From: Syntrophales bacterium
Lineage (GTDB): Bacteria; Desulfobacterota; Syntrophia; Syntrophales; UBA4778
Reading direction: 5' to 3'
Length of the DNA: 64,000 bases
Assembly: GCA_963665615.2 (NCBI GenBank)
Contig: CAXXQE010000008.1
Location: forward strand, 248,001-312,000
Positions 9,046 through 19,561 of this stretch are shown here, piece after piece (positions within the stretch are counted from its first letter, which is position 1; each line of letters starts with the position of its first letter). The position numbers and the translations under genes are program-made. A model generated the notes under the pieces. It did not search any database. It was not told the DNA's origin and saw only the letters and a list, made by a program, of their open reading frames with translations.

Positions 9046-9390
9046 GTGATGATCAGCGTCTATGAATTGCAGGCGGATCTCTGCAAGGTCTTTTCGAACG
9101 CCAAGCGTCTGGAAATTATCAACCATCTGAAGAATCGCGAACTGTCGAGCAACGAGCTGATGGCCGCTACCGGTCTGAGCAAGGTCTCCCTCTTCCAGCA
9201 CCTCAATGTCTTGAAGGCCAAAGGCGTGTTGATCACGCGACGCGAGGGAAACGCCCATCATTATCGCATCGCCGACGATCGGATCATTGAGGCCTGCAGC
9301 CTGATGCGGACGATTCTGATGGACCAGCTTCAGGAAAAGGGTAAACGGGCGGCCGATCTGACCGCGAAGATCCGGAAGCACTCCCGATGA
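9046..9390 (+). CDS. ArsR/SmtB-family transcriptional regulator
   Basis: KVFSNAKRLEII...LFQHLNVLKAKGVLITRREGN...YRI ArsR wHTH; two Cys residues. Confidence 0.9.
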   Translation: MMISVYELQADLCKVFSNAKRLEIINHLKNRELSSNELMAATGLSKVSLFQHLNVLKAKGVLITRREGNAHHYRIADDRIIEACSLMRTILMDQLQEKGKRAADLTAKIRKHSR

Positions 9391-9436
9391 GTTATTCCGC
9401 TCGACAAACGTTCAAACTTTTATAACAGGAGGGTAC

Positions 9437-10546
9437 ATGAAAACCACACGCTGCCTTGCGGTCGTCCTGTTGATCCTTCTGATGTCCTGCGGCACGAGCG
9501 AGCAGCGTACCGTGACACGTCCCGGCGTTGCCGGGGTAACGCTGGCGGTCGTCAACCCCACCGAGGTCGAGACGCTCTATGAGGCCTCCGGCACCGTCAA
9601 AGCGAAGACCGTCAGCGTGCTGGCCGCACGCACAACGGGCGCCGTCCTTGAGGTCAAGGTCCGGGAAGGCGATCAGGTTCGCGCCGGACAACTCCTCGCC
9701 ACCCTCGATGATCGCGATCTGACCCAAAATCAGGCTGCCGCGGAATCCGCTTACGAAGAAGCCGTCCGAGGCTTCAGGGAAGCCGACGAAAATCGCAACC
9801 TCGCCACCCTCACGTATAACCGCTATAAGACCCTGGCGGCCGAGAATGTGGTGAGCCGTCAAAAGATGGACGAAATCGAGGCCCAGAAAAAGGTGGCGGA
9901 TCTGGCCCGGGAACGCGCCGAGGCCAGCGTCAAGCGCCTGGCGGCTCAGCGGGAAGCGGCCAGAATCAGCCGTGACTATGCCGCGATTCGCGCCCCGCAC
10001 GCAGGCACCATCACGGAGAAAAAAGTCGATCCCGGAAGTCTGGCAACACCAGGCATGCCGCTCCTGACCCTCGAAGAAAGCGGGGCCTATCGCATAGAGG
10101 CCTCCGTGGACGAACACTTGTCCGGCAAGGTCCGAACGGGCATGCCGGTGCGGGTCGCTTTGACACAGGAGAACCAAGCCATAGCGGGCCAGGTTGCGGA
10201 AGTTTTTCCCGCCGTCGATCCCGCAACGCGTTCCTTCCAGATCAAAGTCGCTGTCCATAGCGACTCTCCGCTCCTTCGGTCCGGACGCTATGCGCGGATC
10301 CTGATACCGGACGGAAAGCGCCTGGCGCTGCTGGTACCGACAAAGTCAGTTCGCGAGAAGGGACAACTGACAGGGGTCTACGTCGTGGATGACCGCCAGG
10401 TCATGACCTTCCGGCTGATTCGGCTCGGCCGGGCGATCGGCGACAAGGTCGAGGTTCTCTCCGGCCTCAAGGCAGGTGAAAAGATTGCCACGGCCGGACT
10501 GGATCGCTGTCGTGACGGCGCTATCCTTCAACAGGTGAAGCCATGA
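9437..10546 (+). CDS. RND efflux periplasmic adaptor (membrane fusion) lipoprotein
   Basis: Lipobox [43 protein letters not shown] and VEVLSGL motifs. Confidence 0.92.
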   Translation: MKTTRCLAVVLLILLMSCGTSEQRTVTRPGVAGVTLAVVNPTEVETLYEASGTVKAKTVSVLAARTTGAVLEVKVREGDQVRAGQLLATLDDRDLTQNQAAAESAYEEAVRGFREADENRNLATLTYNRYKTLAAENVVSRQKMDEIEAQKKVADLARERAEASVKRLAAQREAARISRDYAAIRAPHAGTITEKKVDPGSLATPGMPLLTLEESGAYRIEASVDEHLSGKVRTGMPVRVALTQENQAIAGQVAEVFPAVDPATRSFQIKVAVHSDSPLLRSGRYARILIPDGKRLALLVPTKSVREKGQLTGVYVVDDRQVMTFRLIRLGRAIGDKVEVLSGLKAGEKIATAGLDRCRDGAILQQVKP

Positions 10547-13500
10547 AAGCACCGATGGGGATCGCCGGTCGCATCGCGCGAACCTTTATCGACTCGAAGC
10601 TGACACTCCTGATCGTGATCGCCTCGATTGCGCTGGGGATCGTGGCGATCTGGGTCACCCCGCGCGAGGAAGAACCTCAAATCATCGTTCCGATGATCGA
10701 CGTGGCGGTCACCTATCCGGGCGCCTCCGCCGAGGAGGTCGATACAAAAGTCACGCAGCCGATGGCGAAGCTCCTCTGGGAAATCAAGGGGATCGAATAT
10801 CTCTATACGATTTCCCGGCCGGGGATGAGCCTCGCCATTGTCCGCTTCAAGGTCGGCCAGGAAATGGAACCCCGCCTGGTCAACCTGTATAACAAGCTCA
10901 TGTCGAACTACGACCGGATTCCGCCCGGTGTCTCACAACCCCTCGTCAAGCCGAAAACGATCGATGATGTCCCCATCCTCAGCTTTACGCTCTGGAGCAG
11001 CCGCTACAATGGCTATGAGCTGCGCCGCGTCGCCGCCGAACTCTGCGAAGAGCTCAAGAAGGATACCGATATCGGCGAATTCCGAATCACCGGGGGTCAG
11101 CGGCGTCAGGTCCGGATAACGATGGAACCGGCAAAGCTCCGTGGTTATGGGATCTCTCCTCTGCAGATTGAACGCGCCCTCAAGCAATCCAATCTGCTGA
11201 CGCCTTCGGGAGCCTTCCCCCAGGGCGCGCGCCAGTTCGCCGTTGAAACGGGCGGCTTTCTGGAGCGGCCGGAAGAGATCGGACAACTCGTTGTTGCCGT
11301 CTCGGACAACCGTCCCGTCTTCCTGAAAGATGTGGCGACGATTACCGATGGTCCGGAAGAGCCGGCGGATTATGTCTTTATGGGTTTCGGCCCGGGAGAA
11401 CGCGGCGACAGACCGACAGGACTGGAGCAGGCGGTCACCCTGTCAATCGCCAAGAAGAAGGGGACCAATGCGACGCACATCGCCGAACGCGCCCACCGAC
11501 GGATTGCGGCCCTCAAAGGAAACATCATTCCTACAGGTGTCGAGGTCACGACAACTCGCAACTACGGGGAGACGGCCAAGGATAAATCGGACGAGCTCCT
11601 CAAGCACATGCTGATCGCGGCCCTCTCAGTAACCCTCTTGGTCGCATTGGCCCTGGGCTGGCGCGAGTCGATCGTGATCGCCGTGGCGGTGCCCGTCACG
11701 CTGGCCCTGACCATTCTCGTCACGTATCTCTACGGCTACACCCTCAACCGGGTCACGCTCTTCGCCCTGATCTTCTCCATCGGCATTCTCGTGGACGATG
11801 CCATCGTTGTCGTTGAAAACATCCATCGCCACTTTCAACTCTCGGGCGCCTCACGCGAGACGGCTGTTACCGCGGTGGATGAAGTCGGCAACCCCACGAT
11901 CCTCGCCACCTTCGCGGTCATTGCCGCGCTGTTGCCGATGGCCTTCGTCTCCGGCCTCATGGGGCCTTACATGCGCCCCATCCCCGTGGGGGCCTCTGCG
12001 GCGATGCTGCTGTCCTTGTGCATCGCCTTCATCATCAGCCCGTGGCTGAGCAGCAAGGTTCTCGGCAAGGCGCATCTGACCCTGAAGGCTGACGGGCGTT
12101 TCATGCAAACCGTCAATGCCCTCTATGAGAGCAACCTCCGGGGGCTCCTGGAACACCGAAAGAAACGCCATCGCTTCTATGCCCTCATTGTGGGCCTGCT
12201 CATCGCGGCCATCCTGCTCGTACCGATGAAGCTGACGCGCGTCAAGATGCTTCCCTTCGATAACAAGAGTGAATTCCAGGTTGTCATCGACCTGCCGGAA
12301 GGAACGGCCCTGGAAGAGACAGCGGCCGCCACCCGCGCCGTCAGCGAGGAACTCAAGCGCGTCCCGGAGGTTCTCAATTACCAGATTTACATCGGCGCCT
12401 CCGCTCCCTTCAACTTCAACGGGCTGGTGCGCCATTACTTCAATCGCACCGCCAGCCATCAGGCGGATATCCAGGTGAACCTGGTTTCGAAGGACGGGCG
12501 GCGAGCCTCCAGCCATAAAATCGCCACGCAAATCCGGCCCATTCTGCAGCAGGTCGGAAAGCGCTGGAACGCCCGGGTCAAGGTCGTCGAAATCCCGCCG
12601 GGCCCGCCTGTCCTGAGTACGCTGGTCGCCGAGGTGTACGGCCCGGATCTGAAGCGCCAGACGGCGATCGCCGCGCAAATCAAGCAGATCTTCGAAAAGA
12701 CGGAAGACGTCGTGGATGTGGACTGGTATGTGGAGGCGGACCACAATAAGATTCGTTTTACCGTCGATAAAGCCAAAGCGGCCCTAAACGGCATCGACAC
12801 GGAAACGGTCGCTCGCACCGTGCAAACCGTTTTGGGCGGCGAGGTGGTGGGGCTTGCCCATACCCCGACAGACAAGGAGCCGGTCGAGATCCTCCTGAGG
12901 GCGCCCCTGGCTGACCGCGCGGGAATCGAGCGCCTTCGCGCCGTTTCGCTGACAACACCGGATGGACGGGCGATCAGTCTTGCGGAACTGGTCCGCGTAT
13001 CCGAGATCCCTGAAGACCAGACCATCTACCGCAAGAACCTCAAGCGGGTGGTCTATGTCATTGGCGATGTTGCGGGAAAGGACGAAAGCCCCGTCTATCC
13101 GATCCTGAAGATGGGAAGGGAAATCGAAAAGCTCAAACTCCCCGAGGGCTATGAGCTCGAACAGCACACGGCCACACAGCCCTGGCTGGAGGACCGCTAT
13201 GCAATGAAGTGGGACGGCGAATGGCACATCACCTACGAGGTCTTCCGGGATATGGGGATCGCCTTTGCCGTGGTACTGCTCCTGATCTACGTGATCGTGG
13301 TGGGGTGGTTCCGGTCGTTCATGACCCCGCTCGTTATCCTCGCGCCGATTCCGCTCTCGCTCATCGGCATTCTGCCTGGGCACGCCCTGTTTAGCGCCTT
13401 CTTCACAGCGACCTCGATGATCGGCTTTATCGCCGGGGCGGGGATCGTGGTGCGCAATGCCATTATCCTGGTGGATTTCATTGACTTGAAGCTTGCCCAG

Positions 13501-13737
13501 GGCATGGTCCTGGAGGAGGCAGTCGTCCAGGCGGGACTCATTCGCTTCCGGCCGATGCTCCTCACTGCATCCGCGGTGGTGGTCGGGTCGTCGGTCATCC
13601 TCTTCGATCCGATCTTTCAGGGCATGGCGATCGCGCTGATGTTCGGCGAAATCGCGGCGACGCTCTTGTCGCGAACCATGGTGCCGGTGCTCTACTTCCG
13701 GCTGAAGCAATATCAACAGCGGCTGACGCCGCGGTGA
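10543..13737 (+). CDS. RND efflux permease (AcrB/AcrD/AcrF superfamily)
   Basis: 1064 aa; [30 protein letters not shown] and RFRPMLLT motifs; ATGA overlap with the adaptor. Confidence 0.95.
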   Translation: MKAPMGIAGRIARTFIDSKLTLLIVIASIALGIVAIWVTPREEEPQIIVPMIDVAVTYPGASAEEVDTKVTQPMAKLLWEIKGIEYLYTISRPGMSLAIVRFKVGQEMEPRLVNLYNKLMSNYDRIPPGVSQPLVKPKTIDDVPILSFTLWSSRYNGYELRRVAAELCEELKKDTDIGEFRITGGQRRQVRITMEPAKLRGYGISPLQIERALKQSNLLTPSGAFPQGARQFAVETGGFLERPEEIGQLVVAVSDNRPVFLKDVATITDGPEEPADYVFMGFGPGERGDRPTGLEQAVTLSIAKKKGTNATHIAERAHRRIAALKGNIIPTGVEVTTTRNYGETAKDKSDELLKHMLIAALSVTLLVALALGWRESIVIAVAVPVTLALTILVTYLYGYTLNRVTLFALIFSIGILVDDAIVVVENIHRHFQLSGASRETAVTAVDEVGNPTILATFAVIAALLPMAFVSGLMGPYMRPIPVGASAAMLLSLCIAFIISPWLSSKVLGKAHLTLKADGRFMQTVNALYESNLRGLLEHRKKRHRFYALIVGLLIAAILLVPMKLTRVKMLPFDNKSEFQVVIDLPEGTALEETAAATRAVSEELKRVPEVLNYQIYIGASAPFNFNGLVRHYFNRTASHQADIQVNLVSKDGRRASSHKIATQIRPILQQVGKRWNARVKVVEIPPGPPVLSTLVAEVYGPDLKRQTAIAAQIKQIFEKTEDVVDVDWYVEADHNKIRFTVDKAKAALNGIDTETVARTVQTVLGGEVVGLAHTPTDKEPVEILLRAPLADRAGIERLRAVSLTTPDGRAISLAELVRVSEIPEDQTIYRKNLKRVVYVIGDVAGKDESPVYPILKMGREIEKLKLPEGYELEQHTATQPWLEDRYAMKWDGEWHITYEVFRDMGIAFAVVLLLIYVIVVGWFRSFMTPLVILAPIPLSLIGILPGHALFSAFFTATSMIGFIAGAGIVVRNAIILVDFIDLKLAQGMVLEEAVVQAGLIRFRPMLLTASAVVVGSSVILFDPIFQGMAIALMFGEIAATLLSRTMVPVLYFRLKQYQQRLTPR

Positions 13738-13748
13738 CGAGTCACAAG

Positions 13749-13883
13749 TAACGGCCACGTAAAAAGTCTGGAAACGCGTCATTGCGAGAAACGCAGTGAC
13801 GAAGCAATCTTATAAATCCAGCGGGTTAGATTGCTTCGCTGCGCTCGCAATGACATGAAATGGGCATTTTTACGGAACCATCA
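13749..13883. repeat. Palindromic MITE/REPIN-like element (outer IR ..CGTAAAAAGT../..TTTTTACG..CATCA; inner GTCATTGCGAG...GAAGCAATCT / AGATTGCTTC...CTCGCAATGAC)
   Basis: Nested inverted repeats; close relative at 23536-23670; flanked on both sides by heptamer repeats. Confidence 0.8.
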
Positions 13884-13989
13884 CAAGTAACGGGTGACAA
13901 GCAAAATCGCGGCGATTGAACCGGGACCATCTCAGAAGTTAGCCAGAAGTAGTCGGTCACCAGTAAAAACAAAAGAGAGGAGACGTGAA

Positions 13990-14217
13990 ATGTATCTCTT
14001 GCAGACGGACAAGTGGTATCTGGAACGGCTGATCTATACGATGGGCGGCACGATGGTGCTCCTGAGCCTGCTGCTGGCGGTTGTCTTCAGTCTCTACTGG
14101 CTGATCCTTACCGCCCTGGTCGGCATCATGCTGGTGAACTTCGGACTGACCGGCTTCTGCCCATCGGCGCTGCTGTTTCATCGGCTGGGTGTGAAAGCGC
14201 GGCTGAATAAACCATAA
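13990..14217 (+). CDS. DUF2892/YgaP-like small membrane protein
   Basis: LERLIY..GG...two TM helices...GLTGFCP motif; SD GAGGAG before ATG 13990. Confidence 0.85.
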   Translation: MYLLQTDKWYLERLIYTMGGTMVLLSLLLAVVFSLYWLILTALVGIMLVNFGLTGFCPSALLFHRLGVKARLNKP

Positions 14218-14258
14218 AGGGGCCAATGGCAGGACGGCACCGCGCATGAGCCGTCATT

Positions 14259-16094
14259 CTAAACCTTTTTCCTTAGGAATCGGGGCTTCGCAGGGGCTTG
14301 CCTTTCCGCGTGCGGCTTGTTCCGGGGTGTCTTCAACTTCCGCTGATCGCGGGCCTTGACATATACGCCGGACCGGTCGCCCGGATGGCGTTTTCCGCTT
14401 GTTCCCTTCGGGTTGCCGAGGATGATGCTTTTCTGCCGGTCGCGTCCTTCGTTTGTTTTTTCCACAAACACGGATTTTCCCGTGAACGGATCGATCCCCG
14501 TGCAATACATCAGCGTTGAATAGGTGGATGGCGTGGGCGTAAAAACCTGGATCTGTTCGGGTCGGATGCCCAGTTGACCGACAACGAAATCCCTGAGGCG
14601 GGTCATGTGAAGATCCCGGCAGCCGGGGTGGGCGGCAATGAGGTAATAGGTCAGGAACTGTTTCTTTCCGGCCTTGCGTGAAAGATCGTCGAAGGCGCGC
14701 TTGAAAGACAGCAGATCCTTTGTTCCCGGTTTTCCCATCAGATCCAGAACGTCTTTTTCGCTGTGTTCCGGTGCGATTTTCAACTGGCCGGAGACATGGT
14801 AGCGGACGATTTCAGCCAGATAGTCAGGTCCGTTGGCTTGATCTGCCAGAACGAGATCATATCGGATACCGGAGGCGCTGAACACGTGCTTGACGCCTTT
14901 GACGGCCCTCAATTTCCGCAGTAGCCGGATCAAGGGGCCGTGGTCGGGCTTCAGGCCGGGGCAGACCGCGGGGAAGAGGCAGCTCTTGTCGGCGCAGGCA
15001 CCCTTGACGATTTTCCTTGCGCACTCGAATCCATACATGTTGGCCGTGGGGCCTCCGGCATCGGAGAGGGTTCCTTTGAACAGGGGATGCCGCGCCATGG
15101 CTTCCGCCTCCTTCAGGATGGAGGATTCGCTCCGCCATGTCACGGTCCGCCCCTGGTGAATGGTGATCGCGCAGAAACGGCATTCTCCGTAACAGCCCCG
15201 GTGAATGGGAAGGGAAAAGCGGATCGTATCCAGAGCCCTGACGTCCCCCTGCGCCCGGTAGAAGGGGTGAAGCTCCCGCTCAAAGGGAAGATCATGGATA
15301 GCATCTAGCTCCGCCGTGGTGAGACGGGCAGAAGGGGGATTGTGGATCAGGTACCGGTCGCCCTGTTTCTGGCAGAGTCCGGTGGCTGTCAGGGGATCGT
15401 TGTTCCGGTAAAATGTGTGGAACATGCGGATGAAGGCCGCTTTGTCCGTGGCGACGTCGTCGTGGGAAGGCAGTTCGATGTATCCGTCCCGCGGCGTTGG
15501 GGAGAGATAGCACAGCCCCGGGATGGCCTCGGGGGACTCTCCGTGTTTCAAGGCGCGGGCCAGGGCCGTCACGGTTTTTTCCGCCATGCCGTAGACCAGA
15601 TAATCTGCCGTGGCATCGAAGAGCACGGATTTCCGGATCCGGTTTGACCAGACGTCGTAATGGCTGACCCGGCGCAGACTCGCTTCCAGCCCGCCGAGAA
15701 CGATGGGGGCCGCTTTTTTGAAATACCGCCGGATGAGATTGGTGTACTGGATCAGGGCGCGATCCGGCCGACGGTTGTTGATGCCGCCAGGCGTGTAGTC
15801 GTCCGTGTTTCGACGCTTTCCAGCAGCGGTGTAGTTCGCGACCATGGAATCCACGGACCCGGATGAAACGCCCCAGAACAGAAGCGGCTCCCCCAGTCGT
15901 CCAATGTCCGCGTCACTGTCCATATCAGGCTGGGCAATGACGGCGGTTCTGAAGCCCGCGGCCTGAAGCACCCTGCCGATCAACGCCACGCCGATATAGG
16001 GACTGTCGACGTAACTGTCGCCCGTAACGAGAATCACATCGGCCCGATCCCAACCCAGCCGGTTCATTTCATGTTTGGTGGTGGGGAGATACAT
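14259..16094 (-). CDS. ygiQ: YgiQ/UPF0313-family radical SAM protein
   Basis: DVILVTGDSYVDSP, SGSVDSMVANYT, radical SAM motif RGCYGECRFC, GGPTANMY and APEH motifs. Confidence 0.9.
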   Translation of the reverse strand: MYLPTTKHEMNRLGWDRADVILVTGDSYVDSPYIGVALIGRVLQAAGFRTAVIAQPDMDSDADIGRLGEPLLFWGVSSGSVDSMVANYTAAGKRRNTDDYTPGGINNRRPDRALIQYTNLIRRYFKKAAPIVLGGLEASLRRVSHYDVWSNRIRKSVLFDATADYLVYGMAEKTVTALARALKHGESPEAIPGLCYLSPTPRDGYIELPSHDDVATDKAAFIRMFHTFYRNNDPLTATGLCQKQGDRYLIHNPPSARLTTAELDAIHDLPFERELHPFYRAQGDVRALDTIRFSLPIHRGCYGECRFCAITIHQGRTVTWRSESSILKEAEAMARHPLFKGTLSDAGGPTANMYGFECARKIVKGACADKSCLFPAVCPGLKPDHGPLIRLLRKLRAVKGVKHVFSASGIRYDLVLADQANGPDYLAEIVRYHVSGQLKIAPEHSEKDVLDLMGKPGTKDLLSFKRAFDDLSRKAGKKQFLTYYLIAAHPGCRDLHMTRLRDFVVGQLGIRPEQIQVFTPTPSTYSTLMYCTGIDPFTGKSVFVEKTNEGRDRQKSIILGNPKGTSGKRHPGDRSGVYVKARDQRKLKTPRNKPHAERQAPAKPRFLRKKV

Positions 16095-16291
16095 GTCTTT
16101 CCTTACTGTCATCAGGATGCATAACAGGCTGCGGTCTCAACGATGCCCTCATGGAGCCATGATCTATATGACTGCCGGTGCGAATGCAAGCGTGAGTTCT
16201 CAGGAAGAATATACAAAGGACATCCAATGTCAACTTTGGTTTGAAGCCAGGGAATCGCATAATTTCATGGGCGGCCCGCTGTTCCCGCGAA

Positions 16292-16334
16292 CTACCATGA
16301 AAATTCGGAATGTCAATCCGAATTTTCATGGTAG
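16292..16334. repeat. Perfect 18-bp-stem hairpin
   Basis: CTACCATGAAAATTCGGA-atgtcaa-TCCGAATTTTCATGGTAG. Confidence 0.8.
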
Positions 16335-16473
16335 GCTTTCGGGCACGTCTCAATGGCTATGGCGACAATCACGCATCATCCTGGATGCGCATGACTTCAC
16401 GGGCATCCCTGTTTTCCTTGTTTTACCAACGTGCGCTAACAAACAAGTCAACGGAAGCTAACGCGGGCAGCAA

Positions 16474-16598
16474 CATGATTTTCCTTCCTGATGTCAGGAT
16501 CAATCATTGGCTGCGGTCTCATCGATGTCTCAAATATACATGGCCTGCTCAGGCCTATATTACTGTCCGTGCGAATGCAAGAGTGACTTCTAAGGAAG
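16474..16598 (-). repeat. Degenerate duplicate of the ygiQ promoter/5' region (first copy 16092-16207)
   Basis: Both copies share TCAGGAT, GGCTGCGGTCTCA.CGATG and GTGCGAATGCAAG.GTGA.TTCT.AGGAAG, and both end in AAGGAAA-N3-ATG on the minus strand. Confidence 0.8.
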
Positions 16599-16656
16599 TC
16601 AAGGATCAAAATCCTCCTGTGCGCAATGATTGCCCTTGCAAATTAGGAATGATTTA

Positions 16657-16669
16657 TGACAAAGTGTCA
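16657..16669. promoter_or_regulatory. Candidate autoregulatory operator of the HTH-methyltransferase
   Basis: Perfect palindrome TGACA-AAG-TGTCA ~30 bp upstream of the MTase ATG. Confidence 0.5.
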
Positions 16670-16697
16670 AAAAATTTCCCAAAACAAGAGAGGCTCC

Positions 16698-18035
16698 ATG
16701 GAACAGGGACCGGTATGGATTATAAAAAACGCGGTTGCGGCTTTCGGATATGACACGCTGGCCGGGCATATCGGTAAAACCGCCAGAACAATCAGACGCT
16801 GGGAATCCGGTGAAACAAAGGCTTCCAAAAGCGACCTAACGGTTATGGAGCAACTTTGTCTCCAGCTTTACAACTCCACCTCAAAACAATCCGACTTTAC
16901 GTTTATCGACCTCTTTGCCGGCATCGGCGGGCTGCGCATGGGCTTCGAAGACAACGACGGCCGATGCGTGTTTACCTGTGAATGGGATGAATACGCGCAA
17001 AGGACGTACCGCGCCAATTTCGATGTCGATCATGAACTGGCAGGCGACATCAACGACATCGTCGGCGACATCCGGAGACGCATACCGGTGACACCGGATG
17101 TGCTGCTGGCCGGGTTCCCCTGCCAGCCGTTCTCTATCGCCGGCGTCAGCAAGAAGAATGCCCTCGGCCGCCCGCATGGTTTTGCGTGCAAGGAACAGGG
17201 CAATCTTTTCTTTCATATTGCATCCATTCTCGGAGAACTCCGCCCGCCTGCATTCCTGCTCGAAAACGTGAAAAATCTTGAGCGACACGACAAGGGAAAC
17301 ACCTTCCGGGTCATTATGGACACCCTTGTGAATGACCTCAAATACAAGGTTCACTTCAAGGTCATTGATGCCAAAGGTTTTGTGCCGCAGCACCGGGAGC
17401 GGATATTTATTGTCGGCTTTGACGGCGACACCGCCTTTTCGTGGGATGATTTCCGGCATCCCGGACCGCAGGCAACGACCCTGCGGGACATCATGCAACC
17501 AGAGGAGGAAGTGGATCGCAAATATATCCTGACCGACAAACTCTGGCTGTATCTGCAAAATTATGCCGCCAAGCACAAGGCCGCCGGAAACGGTTTCGGT
17601 TTCGGTCGGGTCGGCAGGAATGATATCGCCCGCACACTTTCTGCCCGGTACTACAAGGACGGCAGCGAGATCCTGATCGATCGCGGCAAAGGGAAAAATC
17701 CCCGTCGATTGACGCCCCGTGAGTGTGCACGACTGATGGGGTTTGATCGGTCTGATAAGGAATTTATTATTCCTGTTTCAGATACCAGAGCCTACAAGCA
17801 GTTTGGAAATGCCGTGGTAGTGCCAGTTATCAGGGAGATTGCGCGGATCATGAAACCACACATTGTGAGGTTGAAAGAGGCCAGACAAAATGACGGATAT
17901 AGTAAGTCCGCACGCAAGAAGTCAAATGATGTCAGGAATCCGCGGGAGGAATACTCGTCCAGAACTCCTCATCCGCAAGCTCCTTCACGGGAAGGGATTC
18001 CGGTATCGGCTACACGAAAAGAAGCTGCCGGGTAA
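16698..18035 (+). CDS. dcm: DNA (cytosine-5)-methyltransferase, Dcm/EcoRII-like (probably CCWGG), with N-terminal XRE-type HTH
   Basis: FIDLFAGIGG, GFPCQPFS, ENVKNL, QHRERIF, TRD GNGFGFG...RTLSARYYKDGSEILIDRG, RRLTPRECARLMGF, YKQFGNAV; N-terminal TLAGHIGKTARTIRRWESG. Confidence 0.93.
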   Translation: MEQGPVWIIKNAVAAFGYDTLAGHIGKTARTIRRWESGETKASKSDLTVMEQLCLQLYNSTSKQSDFTFIDLFAGIGGLRMGFEDNDGRCVFTCEWDEYAQRTYRANFDVDHELAGDINDIVGDIRRRIPVTPDVLLAGFPCQPFSIAGVSKKNALGRPHGFACKEQGNLFFHIASILGELRPPAFLLENVKNLERHDKGNTFRVIMDTLVNDLKYKVHFKVIDAKGFVPQHRERIFIVGFDGDTAFSWDDFRHPGPQATTLRDIMQPEEEVDRKYILTDKLWLYLQNYAAKHKAAGNGFGFGRVGRNDIARTLSARYYKDGSEILIDRGKGKNPRRLTPRECARLMGFDRSDKEFIIPVSDTRAYKQFGNAVVVPVIREIARIMKPHIVRLKEARQNDGYSKSARKKSNDVRNPREEYSSRTPHPQAPSREGIPVSATRKEAAG

Positions 18036-18351
18036 ACCGGATATTGTTCTTTCGCGTTACCATGCTGTAATCTTCATTCATGGATGTTTTTGGCATGGTC
18101 ATGACTGTCACCTGTTCAAGTGGCCGTTAACGCGACCTGAGTTCTGGCAATCAAAGATCAGTCGTAACAGAGAAAACGACCACAGGGCTGTTACTACCTT
18201 GCATGCAACTGGCTGGAGGGTCGCCATTGTGTGGGAATGCGCCATCAAGGGCAGATCGCGCATCACTGAGGAAACTCTAGTCTCGCTGCTTTCCTCATGG
18301 ATAAAGGCGGGTAGTGATACCATAGAGATCGAGGGGGTAGACATTGACTAA
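17890..18351 (+). CDS. vsr: Very short patch repair endonuclease Vsr
   Basis: MTDIVS..RSQMMSGIRGRNTRPE, LPGKPD, FIHGCFWHGH and IVWECA motifs. Confidence 0.95.
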   Translation: MTDIVSPHARSQMMSGIRGRNTRPELLIRKLLHGKGFRYRLHEKKLPGKPDIVLSRYHAVIFIHGCFWHGHDCHLFKWPLTRPEFWQSKISRNRENDHRAVTTLHATGWRVAIVWECAIKGRSRITEETLVSLLSSWIKAGSDTIEIEGVDID

Positions 18352-19561
18352 AAGCGTATCCGCACTGGCATCTGTCCTTATCAATCCTGAACAGGTTGAC
18401 GCTGTATTCGGCAAGATTATCACGGCAAATGATGATTCGGGAAGGCATGGGGTATTAATACCCACCAGTGCTTATGAGTTTTTTCCTGAAATCAGGGATT
18501 TTGTGCCGGGCCTTGCAATTAACTACACCGAAGCAATAACCACGCTATCTCGGCACGGTGACTCCGTCCGTCGGATCGATAGCTCGTACAAGCATTATCA
18601 TCGATATCCGGAGCGTCGCATAACCGCACTACATTCAAAAAAACTCGATAGCGCTCCGCCAAACACGCTCATAGTAATTGCCCGCAGGCGAGATTCTTCG
18701 CGTACATACGAGGTTCATGTCCTTTATCCTGAAGTTCCTGCATATGCAGCACTATGTCGTGAATTCGGATTTCCCTCTGATATTCGTCCAAGCCTTTTTT
18801 TCCTTGAAAAAAACTGGTCATATGACACGACGACGAACCAGTCGGAGGCACTTGCCGAATTGCTTGGCATGTTTGACGATATAAAACGAAGAGGTTTTAT
18901 TCGCACGATGCGCGCTGGCTCAACAGGAGTGGGGTACACGTTTGAAACGCTGGTCGGCATTCGAGAAAATAACGATGGCTGGGCGGATTTCAAGGGGATT
19001 GAAATCAAGACATTCAGGTCAAAGGATTTGAGGCTTGACAGGGCCGAAAAAACAAATCTTTTCCTGAAGGAACCGCGTTGGAAGGATGGACTTGAGAGTA
19101 TGGCTGAAAGAGTAAAACAGTATGGTTATATCGATGACAATGGTCGTTATGCGCTTTATTCAACTATCAAGATTAGTCAAAATTCCCACGGTCTGAAATT
19201 TGAGATCGTCAATCCCCGGGAAGAAATAGACATCCAAAGATGCTCCGTTCCTGTCGCCTTTTATGAGTTTAGAGATATTAAGAAACGCTTGGACGAAAAG
19301 CTTAAGGAAACCGTTTTTATTGCGGCACTGAATAGGGGCAGAGAGGCCCAAGAGGAATTTCACTATAGAACGCTTACTTGGTGTTTGGATCCCGACGTGC
19401 AGGCATTCAACCGTCTTGTAGAAGCAGGCGATACGATGCTTGAACTCAGAATGCATATCAAGCCTGACGGAACTGTACGTAACCATGGGTCTGCGTTCAG
19501 GATAATAAAGAACAGACTTCCTGATCTTTTCAGCAGGGTTGTTTGTCTTAGGGAAGGCTGA
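18344..19561 (+). CDS. Putative restriction endonuclease: MvaI/BcnI-family catalytic domain with an extra N-terminal (EcoRII-N-like) domain
   Basis: RAGSTGVGYTFETLVGIRENN...DFKGIEIK and RNHGSAFRI match MvaI/BcnI-type motifs; N-terminal KIITANDDSGRHGVLIP; lower GC than flanking genes. Confidence 0.8.
   Translation: MTKSVSALASVLINPEQVDAVFGKIITANDDSGRHGVLIPTSAYEFFPEIRDFVPGLAINYTEAITTLSRHGDSVRRIDSSYKHYHRYPERRITALHSKKLDSAPPNTLIVIARRRDSSRTYEVHVLYPEVPAYAALCREFGFPSDIRPSLFFLEKNWSYDTTTNQSEALAELLGMFDDIKRRGFIRTMRAGSTGVGYTFETLVGIRENNDGWADFKGIEIKTFRSKDLRLDRAEKTNLFLKEPRWKDGLESMAERVKQYGYIDDNGRYALYSTIKISQNSHGLKFEIVNPREEIDIQRCSVPVAFYEFRDIKKRLDEKLKETVFIAALNRGREAQEEFHYRTLTWCLDPDVQAFNRLVEAGDTMLELRMHIKPDGTVRNHGSAFRIIKNRLPDLFSRVVCLREG

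Noticed and set aside
16092..16598. DGR template/variable repeat pair
   Set aside because: Mismatches are not adenine-specific, include indels and are non-coding; there is no reverse transcriptase in the window.
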